NCBI GenBank assembly: GCA_002477825.1
Contig: DLKT01000008.1
Location: 42,659 to 106,658 of the forward strand
Length of the DNA stretch: 64,000 bases
From: Bacillales bacterium UBA7581
Lineage (GTDB): Bacteria; Bacillota_I; Bacilli_A; RFN20; CAG-826
Reading direction: 5' to 3'
Shown: positions 15,502-25,597 of the stretch, one piece after another
Position numbering within the stretch: the stretch's first letter is position 1
Layout: each line of letters opens with the position of its first letter
Program-made: the position numbers and the translations under genes
Notes under the pieces: generated by a model
Database searches by the model: none
Seen by the model: only the letters and a program-made list of their open reading frames with translations
Told to the model about the DNA's origin: nothing

Positions 15502-17424
15502 TTATTCGAGCTCAAAAGCGCCAGTATAGAGTTGATAATAGGTGCCTTTTTGTTTTAATAGCTCTTCATGTGTTCCTCTTTCAATAATGTAACCGTGATC
15601 TAAGACCATGATTGCGTCACTATTACGAACGGTGGATAAACGGTGAGCGATGACAAATACGGTTCGACCTTCCATTAATTGATCGGTGCCTTTTTGAACG
15701 AGTTTTTCAGTACGGGTATCAATGGAAGAAGTAGCTTCATCTAAAATCATCACTGGAGCATCCGCAACCGCGGCACGGGCAATGGATAATAATTGGCGTT
15801 GACCTTGTGATAGGTTGGAACCATCGCCATTTAACATCGTATTAAACCCTTCGGGTAAACGAGTAATGAAGTCATAAGCGTTAGCAATTCTTGCCGCTTC
15901 ATAAACTTCCTCGTCGGTAGCGTCTAAACGACCATAACGAATATTTTCCATAACGGTACCGGTAAATAAATTAGTGTCTTGTAAAACAATACCTAAGGAT
16001 TTTCTTAAGTCGGCCTTTTTAATCTTATTAATATTGATGCCATCATAACGAATTTTACCATCAGCAATATCATAAAAACGGTTAATTAAATTGGTAATGG
16101 TGGTTTTTCCAGCTCCTGTTGCGCCAACTAATGCAATCTTTTGACCAGGGTGAGCGTAAATAGAAACATCATGTAAGACGATTTTTTCGGGAGTATAACC
16201 AAAGTCTACTTCGGTTAAAAGAATGTCGCCTTTTAGTTCGGTGTAAGTTGTGGTACCATCACCATGAGGATGTTTCCAAGCATAATAACGTGTTCTTTCA
16301 TCGGTTTCTTCGAATGTTCCATCTTCATTATACTTGATATGTACTAAAGTGACGTAACCTTCATCGGTTTCACTTGGCTCATCGACTAAATCAAAGACAC
16401 GAGAGGCACCAGCTAAACCCATGACGACAAAGGTGAATTGTTGTGAGAAGTTAGAAATGTTATTGGTAAACATACGGCACATCATCAAGAAAGAAACAAG
16501 AACACCATAACTCACTTTTTCAAATCCAAATAAAGTTAAATTATAAAGGGTATCTGGATTTTTGTTTTGAAGAATTAATAAAACACTTCCAAATACGGCA
16601 AGCAATACATATAAGAAGTTACCGATATTGCCCATAATAGGACCTAAAATATTACCATTAATGTTACCTACAGTAGCGACATCACATAAGTGGTTATTAA
16701 TTTCATCGAAAGCTTCTGCTGATTTTTCTTCATGGCAGAAAACTTTAATGACTTTTAATCCTTTAATTGACTCTTCAATATAACCTTCTACTTGACCTAA
16801 AGCTTTTTGTTGCTTGACGAAGTATTTAGCAGATTTTCCACCAATATGCTTGGTGTTTAAGAACATAAATACACTACCGAATAAAACGATTAAGGTAAGC
16901 CAAACACTATAACGGAGCATAACGAATAATAACGCGATGACGGTAAATGAGGTTTGGAAAATGTTAGGTAAACATTGACTGACTAATTGACGAATGGTAT
17001 CGATATCGTTAGTGTAGATGGACATGATATCACCATGAGCGTGGGTATCAAAATATTTAATCGGTAATGTTTCCATATGATCAAATAATTTGATTCGCAT
17101 AAAGTTTAAGAATTTTTGAGTGGTAATCGCCATTACATAGTTCCAAGTAAAGGATCCTAATAAACCAATGACATAAATACCGGCCATCATAATTAGAAGA
17201 GGTGTTAACTTTTCCCAAGGATCTGTACCAGCTTTAATAGCGTTTGTTAAAGCGTCGGTAATATTTTTTACGAAGATAGAAGAGGCTAAATTACCAAAAG
17301 AGGTAATGACGATACAGAACATAACAAGGATGAGTTGCCATTTAAATTCTTTAAAGAGGATCTTAACAAGACGACCAAATGTTCCTTTTTTAGCTTTTTG
17401 TGGTTTTTTCATTGTGCCTTCCAT
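15502..17424 (-). CDS. ABC exporter, fused permease/ATPase (heterodimer partner B)
   Basis: Six-TM N-terminal half. GATGAGKTT, LSQGQRQ and ILDEATS motifs. Confidence 0.9.
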   Translation of the reverse strand: MEGTMKKPQKAKKGTFGRLVKILFKEFKWQLILVMFCIVITSFGNLASSIFVKNITDALTNAIKAGTDPWEKLTPLLIMMAGIYVIGLLGSFTWNYVMAITTQKFLNFMRIKLFDHMETLPIKYFDTHAHGDIMSIYTNDIDTIRQLVSQCLPNIFQTSFTVIALLFVMLRYSVWLTLIVLFGSVFMFLNTKHIGGKSAKYFVKQQKALGQVEGYIEESIKGLKVIKVFCHEEKSAEAFDEINNHLCDVATVGNINGNILGPIMGNIGNFLYVLLAVFGSVLLILQNKNPDTLYNLTLFGFEKVSYGVLVSFLMMCRMFTNNISNFSQQFTFVVMGLAGASRVFDLVDEPSETDEGYVTLVHIKYNEDGTFEETDERTRYYAWKHPHGDGTTTYTELKGDILLTEVDFGYTPEKIVLHDVSIYAHPGQKIALVGATGAGKTTITNLINRFYDIADGKIRYDGININKIKKADLRKSLGIVLQDTNLFTGTVMENIRYGRLDATDEEVYEAARIANAYDFITRLPEGFNTMLNGDGSNLSQGQRQLLSIARAAVADAPVMILDEATSSIDTRTEKLVQKGTDQLMEGRTVFVIAHRLSTVRNSDAIMVLDHGYIIERGTHEELLKQKGTYYQLYTGAFELE

Positions 17425-17426
17425 AA

Positions 17427-19238
17427 TTATTCATCCTCCTCTCCGTCTTTTTTATTTTGTGTATAATAGACTTCTTGATAAATTTTATTGGTTTTTAATA
17501 ATTCTTCATGGGTACCAATTTGATCAATATGACCATTATCTAAGACGATGATTTGATCCGCATCTTCAATAGAAGAAATTCTTTGTGCGATAACGATTTT
17601 CGTGGTATCAGGAATATCTTTTCTTAAGCCCATACGAATTAATTTATCAGTTTTAGTATCAACAGCGGAAGTGGAATCATCGAGAATAAGAATTTTAGGT
17701 TTCTTTAACAAAGCACGAGCGATACATAATCTTTGCTTTTGTCCCCCTGATACGTTACTACCACCTTGCTCAATGTGGGTATTATAACCATCCGGGAAAG
17801 AAGTAACGAAGTCATCAGCTTGGGCAATTTTACAAGCATTAATTACTTCTTCTTCGCTAGCGTTAATATCACCCCAACGTAAGTTCTCAATAATACTACC
17901 AGAGAATAAAACGTTCTTTTGTAATACGACCGCGACGTTATTTCTTAAAGTCTCTAAATCGTATGCTTGAACGGGGTGACCACCGACATCTAGTTCACCT
18001 TCGTTAATATCATATAATCTTGAAATCAAGTTGATTAAAGAAGTTTTACCAGCACCGGTTGAGCCGATAATTCCAATAAATTGACCACTTTGAATGGAAA
18101 TATTAATATTCTCCAACGTATATTTTTCAGCAGTTTCTTTATATTTAAAGGAAACATTTCTAAAGGTAATTGAACCATCATCTAATTCATATAATGGGTT
18201 TTCTGGATTTTTGATTGTAGGTTCTTCTTCTAATACTTCAGCAATACGATTAATTGCTTCTAAGGATAAAGAAAGCATTACGATAATCATAGAAACCATC
18301 ATTAAGGACATTAAGATTTGAACGCCATAGGTTAATAAAGAAGATAATTGACCAACGGATAATGCGCCCCATTCAATAATCGTTTTGCCAGGATTTTCGG
18401 GATCAGGAATTGGATTTGCTGTTTTAAAAATTAAAGCTGCACCGAAAGTACAAACTAAAATGTTAGATAAGTGGATAGAGAAGTTCATTAAAGGGTTATT
18501 GAACGCTAAGATACGTTCAGCTTTAATGAATTCTTTGGCCATATTGGTGCTTGCACGATTGAATTTTTCTTGTTCAAAGTCTTCACGAACATAGGATTTT
18601 ACTACCCGAATACCGGAAACGTTTTCTTGAATAGATTCATTTAAGGCATCGTATTGTTTAAAGACTCTTTTGAAAATTGGCATAGCAAGTTTCATGATTA
18701 ATAAAAGACCAAAAGCTACAAATGGGATAATACAAACGAAGATCCAAGCCATATTTCCACCGATAATGAAGGACATAATCGCGGAGAATATAAACATTAA
18801 AGGTGCTCGCACTACAATTCGCGTACACATTTGGAAAGCTTGCTGAGTATCAGTGACATCAATTGTCATACGAGTAACTAAAGAAGAGTTAGAGAATTTA
18901 TCGATATTTTCGAAAGAAAATGATTGAATTTTCTTAAATAAATCACTTCTTAAGTTTTTCGCTAATCCTGTGGATGCGATTGCGGCTGTTCTACCACCTA
19001 AAATACCACAAGTTAAAGATAAAGCCGCCATTAATACTAAAGCAACAATATACATCCATAATTCTTTTACATCGGAAACGACTTCGATTTTATCAACGAA
19101 TTTAGACATAACTAATGGTAAAGCACATTCCATGGCCGCTTCACCCACCATAAATAAAGGCGTTAATAAAGCGGGGACTTTATACTCTCGGACACTTTTT
19201 AAAATTAGTTTAACTTTTTTCCACATAACATAAATCAC
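17427..19238 (-). CDS. ABC exporter, fused permease/ATPase (heterodimer partner A)
   Basis: GSTGAGKTS, VSGGQKQR and ILDDSTS motifs. GTGA overlap with the tetR stop (alternative ATG at 19226). Confidence 0.9.
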   Translation of the reverse strand: MIYVMWKKVKLILKSVREYKVPALLTPLFMVGEAAMECALPLVMSKFVDKIEVVSDVKELWMYIVALVLMAALSLTCGILGGRTAAIASTGLAKNLRSDLFKKIQSFSFENIDKFSNSSLVTRMTIDVTDTQQAFQMCTRIVVRAPLMFIFSAIMSFIIGGNMAWIFVCIIPFVAFGLLLIMKLAMPIFKRVFKQYDALNESIQENVSGIRVVKSYVREDFEQEKFNRASTNMAKEFIKAERILAFNNPLMNFSIHLSNILVCTFGAALIFKTANPIPDPENPGKTIIEWGALSVGQLSSLLTYGVQILMSLMMVSMIIVMLSLSLEAINRIAEVLEEEPTIKNPENPLYELDDGSITFRNVSFKYKETAEKYTLENINISIQSGQFIGIIGSTGAGKTSLINLISRLYDINEGELDVGGHPVQAYDLETLRNNVAVVLQKNVLFSGSIIENLRWGDINASEEEVINACKIAQADDFVTSFPDGYNTHIEQGGSNVSGGQKQRLCIARALLKKPKILILDDSTSAVDTKTDKLIRMGLRKDIPDTTKIVIAQRISSIEDADQIIVLDNGHIDQIGTHEELLKTNKIYQEVYYTQNKKDGEEDE

Positions 19239-19852
19239 CTCTCGTCATTTTTTTCTAGAGCGTCGCTCTTAATTAAAAGTCTTAACATCACTTTTTTTCT
19301 TGGACATTGAAACGGAATTACTTCAGCATGAAGTCTTTCATATAGCAAACCTTTTAAAAAGGAAAGAAAGAGTAAAACCATTTCATGAGGAGAACCTTCT
19401 AAGAAAGTTCCTTCTTCTTGACCCTCTTTTATGATTTCCTTTAATCGGTAATAAAGTGAATGTTTAGCAGAACATTTTTTAAAAGGTAGGGTTCTTTGAA
19501 AAGGGTTGGTTAAAAAGATATAAAAATAGCAACAGTTTATTTCATCATCCTTCAAAAGTTTATGAACATGAGAAACAAAAGATTGCATTTTTTCTATTGG
19601 TTTTTCTCCTTGAAACCAATCCGTGGGGTAGTTAATTCTTCCCGAAGCAAAGGCTTCATCGATCATGGTATTAAAACATTCAAGTTTTGAAGGAAAATAG
19701 TGATAAAAAAGCCCATGAGAACATCCACAAGCTTTGGTAATATCATCAATTTTCACAGCGTCATAGCCTTGTATCGTAAAAAGTGGCAAAGCGGCAAGTA
19801 AAATATTGTTTCTTCTTGTGTCCTTAACTAAGGAACTTGAATTATTTTCCAT
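19235..19852 (-). CDS. TetR-family transcriptional repressor
   Basis: N-terminal HTH (YDAVKIDDITKACGCSHGLFYHYF). First gene of the operon. Confidence 0.85.
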   Translation of the reverse strand: MENNSSSLVKDTRRNNILLAALPLFTIQGYDAVKIDDITKACGCSHGLFYHYFPSKLECFNTMIDEAFASGRINYPTDWFQGEKPIEKMQSFVSHVHKLLKDDEINCCYFYIFLTNPFQRTLPFKKCSAKHSLYYRLKEIIKEGQEEGTFLEGSPHEMVLLFLSFLKGLLYERLHAEVIPFQCPRKKVMLRLLIKSDALEKNDER

Positions 19853-19865
19853 TTCATCACCCCCA

Positions 19866-19929
19866 TTGACTTTTCAGTCAACTAGCATATTTTAGTATTC
19901 ATTGTTTTATATGTCAATATACATTGACA
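19866..19929 (-). promoter_or_regulatory. tetR-ABC promoter with two palindromic operators
   Basis: On the minus strand: TTGACA (19912-19917), 17 nt, TAAAAT (19889-19894). Palindromes TGTCAAT-atac-ATTGACA (19912-19929) and TTGACT-tttc-AGTCAA (19866-19881). Confidence 0.7.
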
Positions 19930-19940
19930 ATAAAAGTATA

Positions 19941-19970
19941 AAAAAAGAACGCGAGAATATCGCGCTCTTT
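19941..19970 (-). terminator. Rho-independent terminator of the lipoprotein gene
   Basis: CGCGA/TCGCG core stem with a T-run on the minus strand. Confidence 0.55.
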
Positions 19971-19984
19971 GAAGTTAAAAAATC

Positions 19985-20845
19985 TTATGCTACGGTTTTT
20001 TCTGTGAAATCAGAAAGATTTGGTTTGCTGAATTGCGTGCTATTTAAATGGACGTTGGTATTTGATTTTGCTTCAAGACTAACGGATTCACCGCCAGCAT
20101 TTAAATCAACATTGCAATTACTAGAAAGTGAAGAAAGGATATAATTATCGAATTGTACTTTCAAAGTAGAACTACCTTTAGCAGAAATGGATACACCTTC
20201 AGATTCGATTTTTGTATTAATAGAAGCTTTTTGTGTAATACCTAAGTTTCCATCTCCGGTAGAAGTATAGGTGACAGATGGAGTTCCAAAATCAACTTTA
20301 AATCCTTCAGTAACTTCGTTATTTACACCTGAAGTGTATTGATCTAGATTTAAATAATCTTCAGAAGTTAAAAGGTCATATACTTGATTAACAACATTAG
20401 CGGCAGCTTCAGAGAAGTTAAAGTTGTTAATTTCAACAGTGACTTTCGTGTAGTTCTTTTCTCCATCAATATCAGAAACAGCGTAGAAAGTATTATCTTC
20501 TAAATAGAACCATATTTCAGAAGAATAGTTTTTTTGCTTATCTGTTTCTCCTTGTCCCTTAAGAGACATATAGACTTGGAAGTTTTCTAAGTCAAGACTA
20601 AAAAGAGAAGATACTGTAACATTGGTTTTTTCTGTTCCAGTGGGAGACACCATTTCGCCTTTAATAACGGCTTCTTCATCAATGTAGAGTTTCTTTGGCA
20701 ATTCAAAGTCCTCTGATTTTTGAACTTCAGCAATTTTTTGCGCTCTTTGTTTGGCCACTTCAGGTTTAACTGTTTGACCACCGCAGCTAGCAAGTCCTAA
20801 AAGTGCGATAACTGGTAAGAGCATTTTCTTGGTAATTTTTTTCAT
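19985..20845 (-). CDS. Lipoprotein, function unknown
   Basis: Signal peptide plus lipobox LGLASC. Confidence 0.75.
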   Translation of the reverse strand: MKKITKKMLLPVIALLGLASCGGQTVKPEVAKQRAQKIAEVQKSEDFELPKKLYIDEEAVIKGEMVSPTGTEKTNVTVSSLFSLDLENFQVYMSLKGQGETDKQKNYSSEIWFYLEDNTFYAVSDIDGEKNYTKVTVEINNFNFSEAAANVVNQVYDLLTSEDYLNLDQYTSGVNNEVTEGFKVDFGTPSVTYTSTGDGNLGITQKASINTKIESEGVSISAKGSSTLKVQFDNYILSSLSSNCNVDLNAGGESVSLEAKSNTNVHLNSTQFSKPNLSDFTEKTVA

Positions 20846-21067
20846 TTTTCATTTCCCCTTTTCATATCAATTGTATGATTAAATTACAATAACCATTATA
20901 GCAAACTCATATAGAATTATTAATAGATATAGAAGAAAAAAATCAAAAAATTTTTAGACAAAGCAGCAGAAGTGTAACAAAAAATATTTTTTTTGAATTA
21001 AGCGCACGTTTTTGATTGTGCTTATAGAACGAAGTTTCCTAAATAGTAAAAACAAATAAATTGGGTA

Positions 21068-21095
21068 AAAAGAAAAGCACCTTAAAGGGTGCTTC
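21068..21095 (-). terminator. Rho-independent terminator
   Basis: GCACC/GGTGC stem followed by TTTTCTTTTT on the minus strand. Confidence 0.6.
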
Positions 21096-21139
21096 CTTAT
21101 AAATATCGTAGATTTGTTTGAATAATTCAATCAATATAA

Positions 21140-23245
21140 TTAAATCTCTAATTTACGTTTGTTAAAGAAATAATAACCAATAATTGATATGAATCCTAGG
21201 ACTACTACTAAAATCACAAAAGATACGTTGTTATTTGTAATGCTTGCATTGTTAAATCTAGCAGACTGACTATTATTGTTTGTTTTTTGCGCTAAAGCGG
21301 TTAAATAATTTACACGGTCGCCAATGGTAGTGCCGGCTTCCTCATCAATTATTTCATTTTCATAGCCATTAGCTAAAATTTGATATTCTAAATAATTAGC
21401 GGATTTATCACACCAATAGCCCGCTTCACGATCTTTAAAGTAAGTAATAATTGCGTTCTTTCTTTGCTCTTCAGTGATGCCATCTGTGTTAAACACGATA
21501 TTGCCATTTTCATAAGTTATACGGGAAACGCCAGTTGTGGAAGCAACTTTTCCTTTTGTGAATCCAGGAACAGGTGCGTCCATATTTTTACCTTCCATTG
21601 GATAGTAAACAGGTATTTTAACTTCTTCGTTTTTAATATGGGCTTGAATTGTCTCTGGGAGGAAGATTGCTCGAAGACCTTCATCAGAACCAGTATAAAT
21701 ATTGAAAGAACCTTTCATGTATTGATTGTAGTTAATGGTAAGAGTAAAGTCATCATTGACTTTAATTTTTAGTTGATCAAATGATTTAGATGCATCAAAA
21801 GTGAATTTATAGAATTTATCTGTAATTTGCACTACGTCATCAGGAAGATTATTGATATCGGTTGCATATGGATTATCAAAATTGGAAGACCAGCGATGCA
21901 CTGCTACATTTCCACCAGCCCAATTTTCGTAATAAAAATCAATATAAAGCTCAAAATCTTCAGCTTCTTCATATTTTGCATATAAATTTAGAGTATCTTC
22001 AGTAATGACACTATTAGTAAATAAAGTTTCAAAAGTTGGCTCTAAATACCAACCTAAGAGTCGATAACCTTCTTTTTCAAAGAATGTAGGTTGAACATTG
22101 ATATTCTTTAGTTTCTTTTCAGAGCCTAATAGTGTTTCTCCATCGTAGTAATTAATCATTGCATACTCAGGAGCAATGATATTATAAGTTTTATCTTCGT
22201 TCTGAGTACCAATTAAATAAATCTCTTGATCACTTGCTGTTTTGGCGTCAAAAATTACAGATTGAACAGCAGTATCTTGTTCAGAAGCCCCATTATTAAT
22301 AATCATCATGTCATAGCCATAAGAAACATCGATTGTAATCTCATAATAGCCGTTTTCATTTTTGGTTAAAGGTTCTCCAGGCCAATCGATTTTTCTATGA
22401 TTATCAAATTGACGTTTAAAATAGACATAAGGCGTGCTACCAAAAACGGAATTGGTATCATTCACATAGAAAGTATAGTCGGTAGAATCATCAAAATATC
22501 CATAAAGGTTAAGCGCTTCTTCTCCATCTTCAAGAATGGTTCCGTAAGTAAAAGGCGTTTCAAAAGTTGCCTCTTTAAACCAACCAGCGAAGCGTCCAGA
22601 AAGAGGAAAGCCAATTTCTTCAAGCCATTGCGCTTCATCATATTCTAGATATTGTGTATAGACTGGATCGCCTATAATTTTATCACTGCTTTCTAGCAAG
22701 CCATCTTTTATTTCAAGAAACTCTTCCATTTTTTCTTCTAATTGTGGAAGATAAAAATTAACGCAACGGCGAAAAACCTTTTTAATTGTGAACCGACTTG
22801 CATAGGGTGTAGTTGTTCCATCTTTTACAACAAAATCATATTCACCCTCAGCAAGAACTTTAAAGTTGTCACTATCATCGGCTTTTGTAAAATATTTACT
22901 CGTTTCTTCATCAACATAAGCCTCGTCATAACCAAAAGAATTTTCTAAGGACCAATCAGTGAAACTGGTTTTCCAAAGGATTCTAAATTCATCACCGACT
23001 TTAAGATTATTGTCGAAAGTCATTCGGTAACAATTGTCAGTGTTATCGTGATACATATAATCAATATTATTCAAATCCCAATTTTGAGATTCTCCTGTAT
23101 ATTGTCTTGTATAGGTACCAGCAACAGCAAAACTGACATTATCTGTTTCTTCTATAGCTTTTGCCTGCACATTTTTTTGAATAGAACCGCCTAATAATGC
23201 TAATGTGCCTAAAATCATTACGGCTAATTTTTTAGCTTTTAACAT
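21140..23245 (-). CDS. Tail-anchored surface protein, paralog A (Listeria/Bacteroides-repeat-like modules, extra N-terminal domain)
   Basis: Signal peptide, GYxLxGWY...LYAKY repeat modules, C-terminal TM segment plus KRK. Probable start MLKAKK at 23245 after AGAGGGGGAAG. Confidence 0.8.
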   Translation of the reverse strand: MLKAKKLAVMILGTLALLGGSIQKNVQAKAIEETDNVSFAVAGTYTRQYTGESQNWDLNNIDYMYHDNTDNCYRMTFDNNLKVGDEFRILWKTSFTDWSLENSFGYDEAYVDEETSKYFTKADDSDNFKVLAEGEYDFVVKDGTTTPYASRFTIKKVFRRCVNFYLPQLEEKMEEFLEIKDGLLESSDKIIGDPVYTQYLEYDEAQWLEEIGFPLSGRFAGWFKEATFETPFTYGTILEDGEEALNLYGYFDDSTDYTFYVNDTNSVFGSTPYVYFKRQFDNHRKIDWPGEPLTKNENGYYEITIDVSYGYDMMIINNGASEQDTAVQSVIFDAKTASDQEIYLIGTQNEDKTYNIIAPEYAMINYYDGETLLGSEKKLKNINVQPTFFEKEGYRLLGWYLEPTFETLFTNSVITEDTLNLYAKYEEAEDFELYIDFYYENWAGGNVAVHRWSSNFDNPYATDINNLPDDVVQITDKFYKFTFDASKSFDQLKIKVNDDFTLTINYNQYMKGSFNIYTGSDEGLRAIFLPETIQAHIKNEEVKIPVYYPMEGKNMDAPVPGFTKGKVASTTGVSRITYENGNIVFNTDGITEEQRKNAIITYFKDREAGYWCDKSANYLEYQILANGYENEIIDEEAGTTIGDRVNYLTALAQKTNNNSQSARFNNASITNNNVSFVILVVVLGFISIIGYYFFNKRKLEI

Positions 23246-23291
23246 AATACTTCCCCCTCTTGCATTCCACATTTAAAAAGCGTGCGAAATA

Positions 23292-23320
23292 ATAATATAT
23301 TAGAATATATTATCTTGCAA
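23292..23320 (-). promoter_or_regulatory. Promoter of paralog A (TTGCAA-17-TATTAT)
   Basis: The hexamers, the spacing and the following ATATATTATTATyTyrCACGCTTTTT block are shared with paralog B. Confidence 0.6.
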
Positions 23321-23463
23321 CTGAAAAATTAAAATTTGGTCTTATTAAATATGTAGGATAAAAATTATTAAAAGTGTTAAAAGCATACTATTACGATTAG
23401 CAATAAATACTATTTTTTTGCATACGAAATTATTTCGAGGTATTAGAAGATTTTGTTTAAATA

Positions 23464-23498
23464 CAAAAAAAGCACTTTGAGTGAGTGCTTTTCTTTTG
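23464..23498. terminator. Bidirectional rho-independent terminator between the paralogs
   Basis: AGCACT/AGTGCT stem flanked by A8 and T-rich runs. Confidence 0.7.
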
Positions 23499-23551
23499 CT
23501 GACAAGTAGGGCAGTGAAGCGATAAATTACTAAAATTATGAGATAATGTAA

Positions 23552-25348
23552 TTAGATTTCTAATTTACGCTTATTGAATAAATAATAACCAATAATAGAT
23601 AAGAGCCCTAAAGATACTACTAAGATCACAAAGAATGAATTGCTATGTGTGATATTCGCATAGTTAAATCTAGCAGATTGGCTATCAGGATTGGCTTTTT
23701 GTGCTAAAGCGGTTAAATAGTTTACTCGGTCACCAATGGTAGTGCCAGCTTCATCAATTATTTCATTTTCATAGCCATTAGCTAAAATTTGATATTCTAA
23801 ATAATTAGCGGATTTATCACACCAGTAGCCTGCTTCACGATCTTTAAAGTAAGTAATAATTGCGTTTTTTCTTTGCTCTTCAGTGATGTTATCTGTGTTA
23901 AATATTATTTCTCCCTCTTCACAAGTGACTCGAGAAACACCAGTTGTGAGGGCAGACGCTTCTTTTGATGTTGCTCCAATTGATGCGTCCATATTTCCAC
24001 CTTCCATGGGATAATAAATAGGAAGACTAATTCCTTCATTTTTGATATGAGCTTGAATCATTTCGGGAAGGAACATTGCGCGGAGCTCATCATCGGAGCC
24101 AGGATAAACACTGAAAGTACCTTTCATGTATTGGTTATAATTAATAGTCAAAGAAAGCTTGTCATTTACTTTAATCTGCAATTGATCAAAGGATTTAGAT
24201 GCATCGAAAGTGAATTTATAGAATATATCTGAAATTTTTACTACATCATTAGGAAGATTATTGGTATCGGTGGCATATGGGTTATCAAAATTGGCTGACC
24301 AACGATGAACTGCAATATTATTAATCGTTAGATTAATTCCTAAACCTCTATACATAGAAAAATCAATATAAAGTTCGAAATCTTCGGCCTCTTCATATTT
24401 TGCATATAAATTTAAAGAATCGTCAGCAAGAGTGCCACCTGTATAAAGGGTCTCAAATGTTGATTCTAAATACCAACCTATAAGTCGATAACCTTCTTTT
24501 TCGTAGAATGCAGGCTTAAATTCTACACTTTTTTTAGCTTTACTAGAGCTTAATAAATTTTCTCCATCATAATAGTTAATCGTTGTATACTCAGGAGCAA
24601 TGAGATTATAGGTTTTGTCTTCATTTTGTGTTCCAACGAGTAATACATCTTGATCAAGAACAGTGTTGGCGTCAAAAATTACAGATTGAATAGCAGTTTC
24701 TTGGTTAGAAGTCCCATCATTAATAACAATCGTGTCATAACCATAAGAAACATCAATTGGAATTTCATAATAGCCATTTTCATTTTTGGTTAAAGCTTCT
24801 CCTGGCCATGCGGCTTTTTCTTGATCATCATATTGACGTTTAAAATAAATATAAGGTTCGTTACCAAAAACAGAATCACTATCATCTAAATAGAAAGTAT
24901 AGTCCGTAGAGTAATCAAATAATCCATAAAGTTTAAGAGCGTCTTCTCCTTCTTCAAGAAGAGTGCCTCTTAAAAATGGAGTCTCAAAGGTTTCATCGGA
25001 GTACCAACCATCAAAATGACCAACTGAAGGATATCCTAACTTAACCCAAGTATCTTCATCGAACGGGATAAAGAAAAGATCAACGGGTTCTCCTACAACT
25101 TCAGAATATGAGTGATAAAGACATTCATAGTTTCCATATTTTTCATAAATTTCTTTAAATTGAGGAATATAGTAATTGACAGTACGATAGGTAACTTGAT
25201 CAGCGTTCAATGCAGAAATCTCATCTTTTAAAATCGTAGCAACTTCAGCATTACCATCAGCTTTTGCTTGCACATTTTTTTCAATAGAACCGCCTAATAA
25301 TGCTAATGTGGCAAAAGTCATTAAGGCGATTTTTGTGTGAATTTTCAT
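23552..25348 (-). CDS. Tail-anchored surface protein, paralog B
   Basis: Collinear with paralog A. The last ~130 aa are nearly identical and include a ~70-nt stretch of 100% nucleotide identity. Confidence 0.8.
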   Translation of the reverse strand: MKIHTKIALMTFATLALLGGSIEKNVQAKADGNAEVATILKDEISALNADQVTYRTVNYYIPQFKEIYEKYGNYECLYHSYSEVVGEPVDLFFIPFDEDTWVKLGYPSVGHFDGWYSDETFETPFLRGTLLEEGEDALKLYGLFDYSTDYTFYLDDSDSVFGNEPYIYFKRQYDDQEKAAWPGEALTKNENGYYEIPIDVSYGYDTIVINDGTSNQETAIQSVIFDANTVLDQDVLLVGTQNEDKTYNLIAPEYTTINYYDGENLLSSSKAKKSVEFKPAFYEKEGYRLIGWYLESTFETLYTGGTLADDSLNLYAKYEEAEDFELYIDFSMYRGLGINLTINNIAVHRWSANFDNPYATDTNNLPNDVVKISDIFYKFTFDASKSFDQLQIKVNDKLSLTINYNQYMKGTFSVYPGSDDELRAMFLPEMIQAHIKNEGISLPIYYPMEGGNMDASIGATSKEASALTTGVSRVTCEEGEIIFNTDNITEEQRKNAIITYFKDREAGYWCDKSANYLEYQILANGYENEIIDEAGTTIGDRVNYLTALAQKANPDSQSARFNYANITHSNSFFVILVVSLGLLSIIGYYLFNKRKLEI

Positions 25349-25393
25349 TATTCATGACCTCCTATGCGTCACGCTAAAAAAGCGTGTGAGATA

Positions 25394-25422
25394 ATAATAT
25401 ATGGGAAATTAGCGTTTTTCAA
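25394..25422 (-). promoter_or_regulatory. Promoter of paralog B (TTGAAA-17-TATTAT)
   Basis: Hexamers at 25417-25422 and 25394-25399 on the minus strand. Confidence 0.6.
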
Positions 25423-25540
25423 CTAAAATGCAATAATTTCCATTAAGGGCTATTCTATCTCGTTAGAACTTTAATAAAAAAGAGGACAAATACATTTTTC
25501 TATCTTTTCTATGTTTTAAATAATAATTAAAGAAAAATGA

Positions 25541-25568
25541 TTGCATTCTTTTTATAGCGGACTAAAAT
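25541..25568 (+). promoter_or_regulatory. Promoter (TTGCAT-16-TAAAAT) of the permease gene
   Basis: Hexamers read directly. ATG at 25598. Confidence 0.5.
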
Positions 25569-25597
25569 GAATAGAGTGATTGAAAGAGGAGAGAAGT

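Noticed and set aside
21140-25348. Diversity-generating retroelement or phase-variable invertible promoter acting on the paralogous surface protein genes
   Set aside because: There is no reverse transcriptase, template repeat or recombinase gene in the window. No inverted repeats flank either promoter.
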